The translations under genes and the position numbers were made by a program. DNA of 64,000 bases from Polyangiaceae bacterium (GTDB taxonomy: Bacteria; Myxococcota_A; Polyangia; Polyangiales; Polyangiaceae). Shown piece after piece: positions 9,484-18,615 of the stretch (position 1 is the stretch's first letter; each line of letters opens with the position of its first letter). Where the stretch lies: assembly GCA_044376115.1 (NCBI GenBank), contig JBILLK010000036.1:32001-96000 (forward strand), read 5' to 3'. The notes below the pieces were generated by a model, which was given only the letters and a program-made list of their open reading frames with translations, was not told the DNA's origin and did no database searches.

Positions 9484-10311
9484 TCAGCGCGGGCCTTCGC
9501 ACGGGCCGAGCGGCTCGTCGCAGTTGGCGGGTCCGCAGCTGGACGGGTACATCTGACCGTCGACGCAGGTGATCACGAACGCGCATACGAGTTCGGGGTT
9601 GCACTCGGTGGCGCAGTCACCGATCGGCGCGTCACAGTTGGCCGGTCCGCAGGTCGTGGGGAAGAGCTGACCGTCGACACAGGTGATCGCGTCACCGCAG
9701 AGCAGCGTCGGATCACATGGCTCGCTAGGGCAATCGCCGATCGGTGCGTCGCAGTTAGCCGGCCCACAACCGGTCGGGTACAGCTGACCTTCGTGGCAGG
9801 TCAGGATCTCGGGGCAAACAAGGGCGGGATCGCATTGCTCTTCGCACGGTCCGAGCGGCTGATCGCAGTTACCGGGCCCGCAGGTCGTCGGGTAGATTTG
9901 GCCGTCCACGCAGGTCAACGCGTCACCGCACACGAGCGTCGCGTCGCAGGTGGTTTCACAAGGACCGAGCGCTGCGTCGCAGTTGTTGGGTCCGCACGCC
10001 GTTGGGTAGAGCAGCCCGTCGACGCAGGAGACGATCTCGGCGCAAACCAGCGCCGGATCACACTCGACACACGCCATCTCGGTGCAGAGGATCTCGCCGC
10101 TGGCGTCGCAGGTACAGGTGTTACAGCCGTCTTGTGAAGGGAAGACGTCCCCTTCGGCGCGGGCAACGCCGCTGTCGTCGCAGCCGGTCGCGCCGCCAGA
10201 GCCACCGTCACCGCCGGAGCCACCGTCACCACCCGAGCCGCTCGAGCTGCCGCAGGCGATGGTGAAGAGGAGTACGGAGGAACCGAGGATTGAGGCGATC
10301 GATCGAAGCAT
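9484..10311 (-). CDS. Cys-rich lipoprotein: pacifastin/VWC-like module plus five tandem ~38-aa six-Cys repeats
   Basis: Lipobox TIAC; DGCNTCTC...CTEMAC; five copies of C(D/N)xxLxCxxxx(T/S)CxxGxx(Y/F)PxxCGPxNCDxxxGxC; AGGAG upstream of the ATG. Confidence 0.85.
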   Translation of the reverse strand: MLRSIASILGSSVLLFTIACGSSSGSGGDGGSGGDGGSGGATGCDDSGVARAEGDVFPSQDGCNTCTCDASGEILCTEMACVECDPALVCAEIVSCVDGLLYPTACGPNNCDAALGPCETTCDATLVCGDALTCVDGQIYPTTCGPGNCDQPLGPCEEQCDPALVCPEILTCHEGQLYPTGCGPANCDAPIGDCPSEPCDPTLLCGDAITCVDGQLFPTTCGPANCDAPIGDCATECNPELVCAFVITCVDGQMYPSSCGPANCDEPLGPCEGPR

Positions 10312-10436
10312 GGTGAGTCTCCTGAAGGTTGGACGCGTGCGGCCGCCCCCCGAAGAGGGCGCGACGAAGTGAAAAGCCGTGAGCCCCTCGAGGCCGCCCT
10401 AGCGCGTCCTCCCGTTGCTCACTTGTAGACCCCTTA

Positions 10437-10452
10437 AGCAACCGCGATGCCA
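10437..10452 (-). promoter_or_regulatory. Sigma-54 (-24/-12) promoter for the Cys-rich lipoprotein operon
   Basis: Minus strand reads TGGCATCGCGGTTGCT against consensus TGGCAC-N5-TTGCW, with exact GG-N10-GC spacing, ~125 bp upstream of ATG 10311. Confidence 0.8.
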
Positions 10453-10585
10453 TCCGAGACTTGAGCGGGATATCGCTGAAATTCAGGCTTTGGAAGGTGA
10501 TAGTTGTCTCAATTGTGTATCAATGTCGTATCGATTGGCATCTATGAGACAGTGCGGCACAGTCAAAGCCTACAAAACAAGAGAC

Positions 10586-10645
10586 TCGGAGCATTCGGAT
10601 GCTCAACCCAGGGTCGAGGGTGGGTCGGAGCATTCGGAATGCTCA
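10586..10645. promoter_or_regulatory. Two directly repeated palindromes (candidate activator/enhancer sites)
   Basis: TCGGAGCATTCGGATGCTCA (10586-10605) and TCGGAGCATTCGGAATGCTCA (10625-10645), each with GAGCAT...ATGCTC dyad symmetry, 39 bp apart. Confidence 0.5.
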
Positions 10646-10717
10646 GACGCCTTGAAAAGCAGGCATGTGTGGGCAGGAGGTAAAGTTGCCATTGGCGAGG
10701 AGCACTGCCTCTGCGCC

Positions 10718-11569
10718 CTAGCGACGAGTACGCGCCTCAACGAGCGCCTGATTTAAGACACTTGCAAAACTGTTGTCGCGCATCGTGCGCGCGAACATGT
10801 CACGCGAGAGCGCACTCCACGCTTGAACGCTCAAGCCGTAAGATGGCAGGAGCGCAGCAGGGTCGGCTCCTCTCTCAATAGCGACCACAATACTCACAAA
10901 CGTTGGAAGTGGGACCGTCTGGAATGGAGTACTAGGCGCGAGAGGGGCTCGGCTCGGAGCTAGAGTGAAGGGCGCGGCTGCTGTCGGCACCTCCCGCACT
11001 AGGACAGTAGCTCTCGCCACCTCGCTTACGGACGCTGCGGAAGCTAGCGGAGTTGGGGATGTCACTGCTTCGCCAGCGGGCGCTTGACCGTCGCCCAGTT
11101 GTGCGTTTCCCACCTGCTGAAGAGCCGTCCTCGTCTCGCCAGCTGATTGTACCACTTGAGACGACCCTGGTAGAGAGGGCTTAACAAACGGGATTTCGCT
11201 TGAATGGTTGGACGACGGAAGACCGCCCTCATCCCTTCTATTCGTCACGGATTCCAAGTTTGGTTGGCTCAGCTCCGGCGGGGGCGACGACGTGATGCGG
11301 GGAGATTCCATGCGGGCTGATTGCGTCCGTGACGCGAAAACCGCGGGCTCACCAGGAAACTGAGTTCGGTTCTCGGGGACTATTCTTGGGGAATGCACTG
11401 CAGCTGTTGGGAACATGCTCGAACCACGAGTCAGTTCCGCACGGAGTGCTTGGTCGTACCGAAAGGCAAACTCAACAACAGCCTCAACCGATGGCTCAAC
11501 CACCGAACTCTCCAGCTGTTCCGTCGCGTGTGCACGTGCCAAGTCAGCGATCCATGAGCTTTGGTCCAC
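10718..11569 (-). CDS. Hypothetical protein, Pro/Ser-rich middle and C-terminal helical module; divergent from vgrG
   Basis: 283-aa ORF; C-terminus LPTFVSIVVAIERGADPAALLPSYGLSVQAW...DNSF resembles segments of 54763..55737. Confidence 0.65.
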   Translation of the reverse strand: MDQSSWIADLARAHATEQLESSVVEPSVEAVVEFAFRYDQALRAELTRGSSMFPTAAVHSPRIVPENRTQFPGEPAVFASRTQSARMESPRITSSPPPELSQPNLESVTNRRDEGGLPSSNHSSEIPFVKPSLPGSSQVVQSAGETRTALQQVGNAQLGDGQAPAGEAVTSPTPLASAASVSEVARATVLVREVPTAAAPFTLAPSRAPLAPSTPFQTVPLPTFVSIVVAIERGADPAALLPSYGLSVQAWSALSRDMFARTMRDNSFASVLNQALVEARTRR

Positions 11570-11699
11570 TACGCCAGCTTAGTCAGGTTAGGTCTTACGA
11601 GGCGGCGATTCGGGTCGTCTCGCACCATATTGGCCTCGCCTGTTGCGCGTTGGGTCGCTACCGTTCGGTGATTGCGACTTTGGCAACTATGGAGTCACC

Positions 11700-13683
11700 A
11701 TGTCTCGGCGTTCGATGATGCGGATGGGAACACCCATCTCAACCGGCCTTGGACTAACCATTTCAGGGCGCCTTCTAAGTGCCCCACTCGAGGTGCTTTC
11801 AATCGAGGGCGAAGAATCCGCGAATGCCTTATACGAGTTTCGCGTGCGTTTTACGGCGGATCCACGAGACGAATTGGCGGCTGACCGTAGCCACTACACA
11901 TGCCTGGGCAGGTTACACTAGGTCCGGCAAGCGACGCGCGAGTCGTCTACGGGCTCGTTACGAAGTTGGTAACCGAGGTCGGTAGCATCGGACGACGACC
12001 AGTCTATCGCGCTCACATCGGCCCTCGAGCTACGCTCCTGGAGAAGCGCCGGCATTGCCGCATCTTTCAAGATCAATCGGTTGTTCAGATTGTGACCAGT
12101 CTTTTCGCAGATCATCGAATCGTCTACCGATCCCGATTGGTTGGCCAATATCCAGCCCGGGCTTACGTAGTGCAGCACCACGAGAGCGACTGGGAGTTCG
12201 CTATGCGGCTGTTAGCCGAGTGCGGCATCCTGCTCTACTTCGACCATCCGGCAGGTTACGGCGATGCCGCCGAGACTGGCCTGGGTAATAGTGAAGTAGT
12301 CGTGCTTTGTGATACCGCCCAATACTACGTTGACATCGCTGGGGGCACTGAACTCTTGGTGCGGACGGGCGGTCCAACTCAAGGATTGGAGCTTCCAGAA
12401 AATGCGGTCACAGAATTTGCCTCCAAGGTACAGCCAGCAACCACGGTTCGACTGGTCCGCGCGTTTGACTTTAATCGCCCTACCGTAGAGTTGCACGACG
12501 CCCAGCGCGTCGAGGTCAAAGAAGAACCAGCGTTAGTCTATGAGTTTGGGGGCGAGGGAGATGAGTCGCCCCCTGAGATTCAGCACCGCGAATCCGTCTC
12601 GAACAGGATCGCAACGAAACGCTTTTGGGTGAGGGGCGCAGTGTTTGCCGCAGACTCGTACCTGCGCGTGCATTTAGTCTGAGCGGTCATACGCATCCAG
12701 CTATCGACGGCGATTATGTAGTTCTGTCAGTAGAACACCACATTCAGGCCGCGGCGGTATGTCCGCCCACCTCATTGCCGTATGAGAATCGGTTTCTTTG
12801 TGTTCCTCGCGCCGTCCTGTTGAGACCGCGGAGTCCAGTGAAAAGGAGGTTTCTAGGGACGGAAACGGCGGTGGTAGTCGGGCCGGAGGGCGTCGAGCAA
12901 TACGTTGACTCCCTGGGCCGCGTCAAGGTCCAGTTTCATTGGGACCTTACTGGCAAGTTCAATGGTCAGAGTTCCTGTTGGATACGTGTCGCGCAGTCGT
13001 TGGCAGGAGCAGGCTGGGGCGCCCAGTTTATTCCACGGGTTGGGATGGAGGTAGTCGTGACATTTCTGGGCGGGGATCCCGATCGACCGCTCATTACCCA
13101 CGCGGTTTACAATGCAACCCATCCGTGGCCGTTCCCGTTGCCGCACGAAGTGACAAAGTCCGGAATTCGCACTTCGTCCTCGCCCGGGGGGAATGGATAT
13201 CATGAATTCTCGATGGATGATGCTGCAGGTAAGGAGAAGTTATTCATTCACGCGCAGCGCGACGCAGCCCGAGTAATAAGAAACGACGACGCTGAACTAA
13301 TAGGCAATGACCAACGGAGCAACGTTGTCCGCGACCGACTTACCGAAGTTGGCCGTAGGGACGACTCGGTGATTGGTGAACAGCATAGTCGAGCCATCGG
13401 CGGGGACTCGCAAACAGGAACAGTGATGCAGAATGGGCGCATCAAGCTGAGTACTGGCGGATCTAGCTTGGAGTTGGCCGGTGACAATGCCACCTTGAGC
13501 GCTAACGCAGAGATTAACCTAGCCGCTGGCTCAGCCATTCATCTTAGGGCTCCGCTGGTAACCATTGAGGCGGACGCCGTAGAGATACGCGGTACGGGTA
13601 TCATCCAAGTCGACGGTGGCGGATTGGTCACAATTACGGGCGGTATGGTGAAGGTCAACGGCGGAGTAGTAACGGAGAACTAG
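11700..13683 (+). pseudogene. vgrG: Type VI secretion tip protein VgrG split by two -1 frameshifts (pseudogene or sequence error)
   Basis: Three consecutive frames. LEVLSIEGEESANALYEFRV (from ATG 11700, GGAG RBS); RIFQDQSV..IV..YVVQHHESDWEFAMRLLAECGI (11900..); RIRLEQ..S.CRRL..F.L.GH, TAVVVGP, VDSLGRVKVQFHWD, SSCWIRVAQ, PRVGMEVVV.FL.GDPDRP, MDDAAGKEKLFIHAQRD (..13683). Shifts lie near 11890-11900 and 12570-12580. Confidence 0.88.
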
Positions 13684-13684
13684 C

Positions 13685-14143
13685 ATGCGAAGAAGCCTTA
13701 ACGCGCAGCACCTACAGATTGTTGAGACTACGACGAAGTCATTGGCGACAACGTGTCAGCGGGCGAGTTTGGAAGACGTAACGACGGAGGGCACCGTGCG
13801 CATTAGACTTGCGGATGGGAGCGTGCACTGCGCGGTCCTTGCTACCGAGGAGAGTGATCAAGCTCTGCTGGGCGCAATCGAGGCGAGGAAGCCGGTCGTC
13901 GTTTGCCTTATGGAGGAGGAATGGGTGATTTTGGGGCTCTTGCGCGACCGTTTGGGACTTGCGCCGGCTGGGGCGATTGGCCCACGAGTTGAACTTGAAG
14001 CAAGTGATAGCCTGATTATTGGTTGCGGTGAAGCTAGCATTGAACTTCACGCAAGCGGTCGCATCGCCCTTCGCGGGCACGATGTGCTGGTTAGCTCTTC
14101 AGGAACCACGGCCATTCAAGGCGCGACAGTGCGTGTCAATTGA
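13685..14143 (+). CDS. DUF6484-like spike-associated protein
   Basis: C-terminal VELEASDSLIIGCGEASIELHASGRIALRG...AIQGATVRVN beta-repeat pattern; lies between vgrG and the PAAR-like gene. Confidence 0.7.
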   Translation: MRRSLNAQHLQIVETTTKSLATTCQRASLEDVTTEGTVRIRLADGSVHCAVLATEESDQALLGAIEARKPVVVCLMEEEWVILGLLRDRLGLAPAGAIGPRVELEASDSLIIGCGEASIELHASGRIALRGHDVLVSSSGTTAIQGATVRVN

Positions 14144-14152
14144 GACGTAATC

Positions 14153-15400
14153 ATGGCAGTTACCGTTGTCGTTAACGAGCGTACTATTATTCACCGCAAC
14201 TCCGAGGGACAAGCCCTCGGCGTGCCCGACGTCTGCAAAACGCCGCAGAGTTTTGAGCCTGTTCCTTACGCTAACTTGGCGCTGAGCAAAGACCTTGATG
14301 GCGCAGCAACTACTGTCTTTGCTGATGGATGTTCTATCGCGAAGCAGTCCTCCTGGATTGCTCGCTCAACAGGAGATGAGCCCGGTACTGAAGGCGGCGT
14401 GATAAGTGGCTGCAACCGCGGAAAGGCCTCTTGGCTTACCTACTCGCCAGACGTGATGATTGAAGGGGAGTACGTTCCACGAGCATTGGACCTTACCGCG
14501 ATGAACCACGGGAGCCCAGCGAACTCCTTTGGCTGGTGGATACAGAATCTTAGTGTGCTTGGCGCAACGCAGATTGTTTGCGTGGCTATCTGTAGCTGTC
14601 AGGCGATGTTGCTGAAGATGTGGTGCTTTAAGAAGTTCATGTCTTCAGGTGGACGAGATTTTCTCAATAAGCAGGGGGCACTGAGCTTCTGGACTCCCCA
14701 GCTTGCTCAAGTAAAGCAAGGCTACGGTGCGCAAAGGTTGGTAACGGTTTACGAGCCACGCTTTCCAGGTATCTACCCGGAAGTCAGCTTCCGACAGTTG
14801 CCTAGTGGGCGTTGGCAGGTAGTGCACAGCGACCAGAACACTACGGGTCACCCGCCACTTCCAATCCCTGCGGGGGAATGGATACCAAACACCAAGCGCC
14901 CCGACGTCGTGGTGGCGAAGGACCCTACGAAGCCGCTAACGCGTGACAACATCAAAGAGATTATCGAGGTGAAATTCATCCCGGGAGACGAGTTCAACGA
15001 GGACCAAACGCGCGACTACAACAAGCTCGTTCCAGGGGTACGGGTGAAAGAAGTCTCCAACGAGAGTTGTGGCTGCAGCAAAGTGGATTGGAGCCCAAAA
15101 GGGGTACGACAGCGGGTGGAGGCCGAGAACCTTCAGCCCAAAGCGGAAGAGGTGGATGGTGAGTGCAGCGAGCCAGAGGAATCTGTGGATTTAGAGCCCG
15201 TATCCCCCAAGGCACCGGTCGACTCGTTGCCGCCTTGGCTTACCCCATTGTTTGATTGGGCGCGAAGGCCAAGGCCGAGTGCGCCCCGAGTGCCTGTGTC
15301 AAGGCCGACAGGACCAGGTTTACGGCTTCATCCCGTGTTGTTCTTGATGGAAATACTCGTGGACTGGGATAAGTACAATCCGAGTAAAGTCGAAGCATGA
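14153..15400 (+). CDS. T6SS effector: DUF4150 PAAR-like domain plus VRR-NUC/PD-(D/E)xK nuclease (TseV-like)
   Basis: N-terminal PDVCKTP...PVPYAN...STGDEPGT.GGVISG...SPDVMIEG; C-terminal RPDVVV...DP...NIKEIIEVKF.PGD...Q..DY. Confidence 0.87.
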   Translation: MAVTVVVNERTIIHRNSEGQALGVPDVCKTPQSFEPVPYANLALSKDLDGAATTVFADGCSIAKQSSWIARSTGDEPGTEGGVISGCNRGKASWLTYSPDVMIEGEYVPRALDLTAMNHGSPANSFGWWIQNLSVLGATQIVCVAICSCQAMLLKMWCFKKFMSSGGRDFLNKQGALSFWTPQLAQVKQGYGAQRLVTVYEPRFPGIYPEVSFRQLPSGRWQVVHSDQNTTGHPPLPIPAGEWIPNTKRPDVVVAKDPTKPLTRDNIKEIIEVKFIPGDEFNEDQTRDYNKLVPGVRVKEVSNESCGCSKVDWSPKGVRQRVEAENLQPKAEEVDGECSEPEESVDLEPVSPKAPVDSLPPWLTPLFDWARRPRPSAPRVPVSRPTGPGLRLHPVLFLMEILVDWDKYNPSKVEA

Positions 15401-16560
15401 AGTTAACTTCCTTTCGGTTGCTTCACGGGTTTGATTGCATATTTGATCTGGAGCGTGACTCTTCTTCCTACGCTGACTTTTTCGAGAAGTGCTTTGACGA
15501 GCTACCCCACAGTTTTTTTATAGGGCCTTCCCAGGCGCGACCATCCCAGCCACGGTACCGCGGGCTCCTAAGGCACTATTTGGCCAAGTCGGAGCGTCCA
15601 GCTCGGTCGTATGACATTCTAGATGCGGACGGCCCGCGGGAATTGAGGCGGGGGGGCTTGCATCTATTTGCGGAAGGCACAGAAGCAAAGATCTCTCGAG
15701 ACTGGTCTTGTCAGCGTTTGTTTTTTCCGCTGACGGAGCCACCGGGCAAGCTACTTGAGTGGGTGTTGCACTTCGTTCGGACCGTGCCTGTTCGCTACGG
15801 TGTTGGGGGCTTGACGCTAGCACCTGCGGCCACTGCGTATGAGGGTAACAACCCCCAAGAGGCCTTCCAGTATTGTTGGCGTAATCGCGGGGCTATTTTC
15901 TGGTCGTACGCAAGTATGCAGGCCAAGGATGGTATTCGGGACAGCAATTGGCTTACCCTGGTGTCGCAGGAGCTGTTGACCAAGGCTGGCGGTATCGAGG
16001 CTGCGCGCAAGAACCTCTCCGATGCCGTTACGATTCACTCGGTTAGGGAAGGGTGGTTATTCCAGGCGGGCGAGCGGCCGCTACTTGGGGATATGAGCAA
16101 GCGTGCCGATGATTTTAGTGCTTACGTTGAGGTCGCTCGGTTTCTCAGGCCTTGCCGAGACCCCAAAGTTTTGTGGGGACCCTTTGAATCTCCTGGAGAA
16201 TTCACCCACGAAGAGATGCGGCAGTGGATTGCACGCTTTGATGGTGGAGTGCCTTATGCCGCGAAGATGCCAGAGATTCCCCCGCCCCTGAAACAGCCAG
16301 CGGACATATTCACGAACTTTGACAAGCTTGCGCAGGCTGAGGTCGATTGGACTGCGTACGGCGATTTCGGCGCGGCGAGCAATGGTATTCATCCGCAGAT
16401 AATTTCTAACATAGTAGCGTCGGCGCGAGCGCTACTCACCGTCGACCCCGTCTTTGCCAAGGGCTTTATCCCCGCGATGGAAAGAGCAAAGGAACGCGGA
16501 CCGACCCCGCTTCCTCCAGGTACCGTTTTGCCTAAGCGCAGACTGAAGAAGCGGACCTAG
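15397..16560 (+). CDS. DUF3396 (TsiV-like) immunity protein with C-terminal extension
   Basis: SNWLTLVS..LL..AGG, FQAGERP.LGD, AY..VARFL.P, WIARFD motifs; ATGA overlap with the effector stop. Confidence 0.85.
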   Translation: MKLTSFRLLHGFDCIFDLERDSSSYADFFEKCFDELPHSFFIGPSQARPSQPRYRGLLRHYLAKSERPARSYDILDADGPRELRRGGLHLFAEGTEAKISRDWSCQRLFFPLTEPPGKLLEWVLHFVRTVPVRYGVGGLTLAPAATAYEGNNPQEAFQYCWRNRGAIFWSYASMQAKDGIRDSNWLTLVSQELLTKAGGIEAARKNLSDAVTIHSVREGWLFQAGERPLLGDMSKRADDFSAYVEVARFLRPCRDPKVLWGPFESPGEFTHEEMRQWIARFDGGVPYAAKMPEIPPPLKQPADIFTNFDKLAQAEVDWTAYGDFGAASNGIHPQIISNIVASARALLTVDPVFAKGFIPAMERAKERGPTPLPPGTVLPKRRLKKRT

Positions 16561-16562
16561 TT

Positions 16563-17672
16563 GTGTCGTTCTTTCCTCTTCGCTTGGTACACGAGCATTT
16601 TGACTCCTTGGAAGGGCTGCTCGTTCGCGAGCAGTCCTTGAGTTTCGATCGGAGGTTGGTTGGAGGACAGCTTGCGCGAGTACAAGAGCGAATGCAGGCG
16701 CACCTAGCGGGTCTCGACCACCGCCTGGAGGAAAGTCTCGCTGTTGCCAATTCCCGTTTGTACGCTCGCTCGGCCCCGTCGAGGGCTGCAGCGGCCTGGA
16801 CCCTCGTACGCCTCGCGCCAGGGCGTTTGCCCGTGCGATCAAAACGGGAAGTTGGGTTTGCAGTCATTGACACGCTGATACAGCATGGTCTGGTCCAGGG
16901 CTCGCCGGAGCTAGTCGCAGCGCAGCAACAAGTAACAAGACCCCACGAGTTGGATAACGCTCTCGTCTCTAGCGATACCGAGGTAGCATTCATCGCTCTT
17001 GCCGCGGCGTCGGCACTAGGACGCAAGTCGGCACTAGCAACTGCTCTCAAGGTTCTTTCACACCCAACAGACGCTGGGCTTACTCGCATGGCCGTGTTCG
17101 CAGTAGGACGGAGTTTGTCCCGAGGCCCAACAGACGCGGGCCCTGCGGGGGTTTTGGAAGCACTTCTCGGTGAACAAATCACGACGATCCCGGGCCTACC
17201 AATTCTGGCGGCGCTGTTTGGACACTGGCCGACCGCTTTGCGCCTTGAGAATTGTGCCGTCCACGGAAAGACCGCTCAATTGCGTGAGCAGTGTGTCGTC
17301 GGCCTCGGACTACTAGGGCTCGAACGGTCGATCCCGCTGTTGCGCGAACTGGCCAACGACATGGATCATCACCATCCAAATCTCCACCTAGCTGCTCGGC
17401 GCGCGCTCTCCCAGATGACGGGTGGAGGGGTAGGTGTCGCCGACGACGGACAAAGGATAATCTCGGATACTTGTATTGTTGAACTCCATGAGTCACGGGG
17501 GCCGATGGCGCGGTGGTTCTGTGGCGCACCAGCAGTAGGGCATGGCAGCGCTTGCCTGTCGCCGGCTCAGGTTTACTGGCGTTCGCTGTGGGACGGATCA
17601 GTCGTTCGACTACCGTGGGAGGTGCTGCTTCACGGTAGAGTTCCAGCAAGTTTCTGGAGTTCGCTCGCATGA
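16563..17672 (+). CDS. TIGR02270-family HEAT-like protein
   Basis: N-terminal EHFD...LARVQERMQAHLAGL; later LGLLG...SIPLL.EL and AARRALSQMTG; sits next to DUF2169. Confidence 0.7.
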   Translation: MSFFPLRLVHEHFDSLEGLLVREQSLSFDRRLVGGQLARVQERMQAHLAGLDHRLEESLAVANSRLYARSAPSRAAAAWTLVRLAPGRLPVRSKREVGFAVIDTLIQHGLVQGSPELVAAQQQVTRPHELDNALVSSDTEVAFIALAAASALGRKSALATALKVLSHPTDAGLTRMAVFAVGRSLSRGPTDAGPAGVLEALLGEQITTIPGLPILAALFGHWPTALRLENCAVHGKTAQLREQCVVGLGLLGLERSIPLLRELANDMDHHHPNLHLAARRALSQMTGGGVGVADDGQRIISDTCIVELHESRGPMARWFCGAPAVGHGSACLSPAQVYWRSLWDGSVVRLPWEVLLHGRVPASFWSSLA

Positions 17673-18613
17673 TTAATTGTCTCAACCTCAGTCGCCAAGG
17701 CTGTGAGGAGCTAATTGTTTCCGGCTTACTCGGTGAGCCTCTGCGAGTGATTGGCCTCCGGAGCCGCTTCGTCGCGTCGACTGGCAAGCCTGCGCCTGAA
17801 AGTGAAGCGGTGAGATTAACTGACCAATTCGGTCCACGTGGGGAATTGCTCGAGCCGGGCGATTTGGTTCCGGAGCGGGTTGGGACGGTCCTTTCGATTC
17901 GTGGCGAAGCCGTAGGTGTGGAGGCCCCCGTGTCGGCTCGAGTGCAGGTCGGTACCTTCAATTGGCGAGCGACCGTTTGGCATCCGCGACGCTGGGTTAT
18001 GCAATCTGGCCAATGGTGTGCTGAGCGAGCCGGTCCTTTCCAGCCGGTAAAGCTAGCGTTTGCGAGTGCTTTCGGCGGACCTAGCTTTCCAGATAACCCT
18101 CTAGGCATGGGGCACATAGGATCAGGCGAACATCCTGAAGGTATCGCGCTGCCGCTCATTGAGCAGGTTGGACTGCCGGTCCACAGTCCGTGGCAACGCC
18201 TAGAGCCGGTTGCTCTGGACTATATCCCACCTGAGTGGCCCGCGCGGAGACGCTTCTCAGGGACTTTCGACGCCGCGTGGGCCCGTAAGCAAGCCCCTCG
18301 ATTGCCAGATGATTTTGACCCGCGTTTCTGGGATGCGGGGACGCTAGTGACCTATCCGCGTCTACGTGGTGGAGAGGAACTACTAACGGAGAACATTGGT
18401 TGCCTCGGCGTTGCGCGCTGGCGCGTACCACGAAACGTAGTTCGAGTAACAATCGAAGGGCGAACTTACCTCCCTGAAGTGGACCAGTTAATTTTGGACG
18501 TTGCAGGAGATCGGCTGACGCTTTGCTCGCGGCTTTCGTTGCCTGTAGACACTCCACTCTCTCGTTTGCCACTGGCTATCGCAAGGGTGCTCGAAGAACG
18601 CTGGCAGGCTTAG
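17669..18613 (+). CDS. DUF2169-family T6SS effector adaptor
   Basis: AFGG....DNPLGMG, LPLIE, IPPEWPARRRFSGTFDAAW...PRLPDDFDPRFW, LRGGE motifs. Confidence 0.88.
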   Translation: MINCLNLSRQGCEELIVSGLLGEPLRVIGLRSRFVASTGKPAPESEAVRLTDQFGPRGELLEPGDLVPERVGTVLSIRGEAVGVEAPVSARVQVGTFNWRATVWHPRRWVMQSGQWCAERAGPFQPVKLAFASAFGGPSFPDNPLGMGHIGSGEHPEGIALPLIEQVGLPVHSPWQRLEPVALDYIPPEWPARRRFSGTFDAAWARKQAPRLPDDFDPRFWDAGTLVTYPRLRGGEELLTENIGCLGVARWRVPRNVVRVTIEGRTYLPEVDQLILDVAGDRLTLCSRLSLPVDTPLSRLPLAIARVLEERWQA

Positions 18614-18615
18614 GT

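Noticed and set aside
9484..10070. Regularly spaced ~114-bp DNA repeats as a possible CRISPR array
   Set aside because: They are degenerate, codon-phased repeats encoding Cys-rich protein modules, with no identical repeats, unique spacers or cas genes.
11631..11646. TGGCCTCGCCTGTTGC as a sigma-54 promoter for vgrG
   Set aside because: GG-to-GC spacing is 11, not the required 10.
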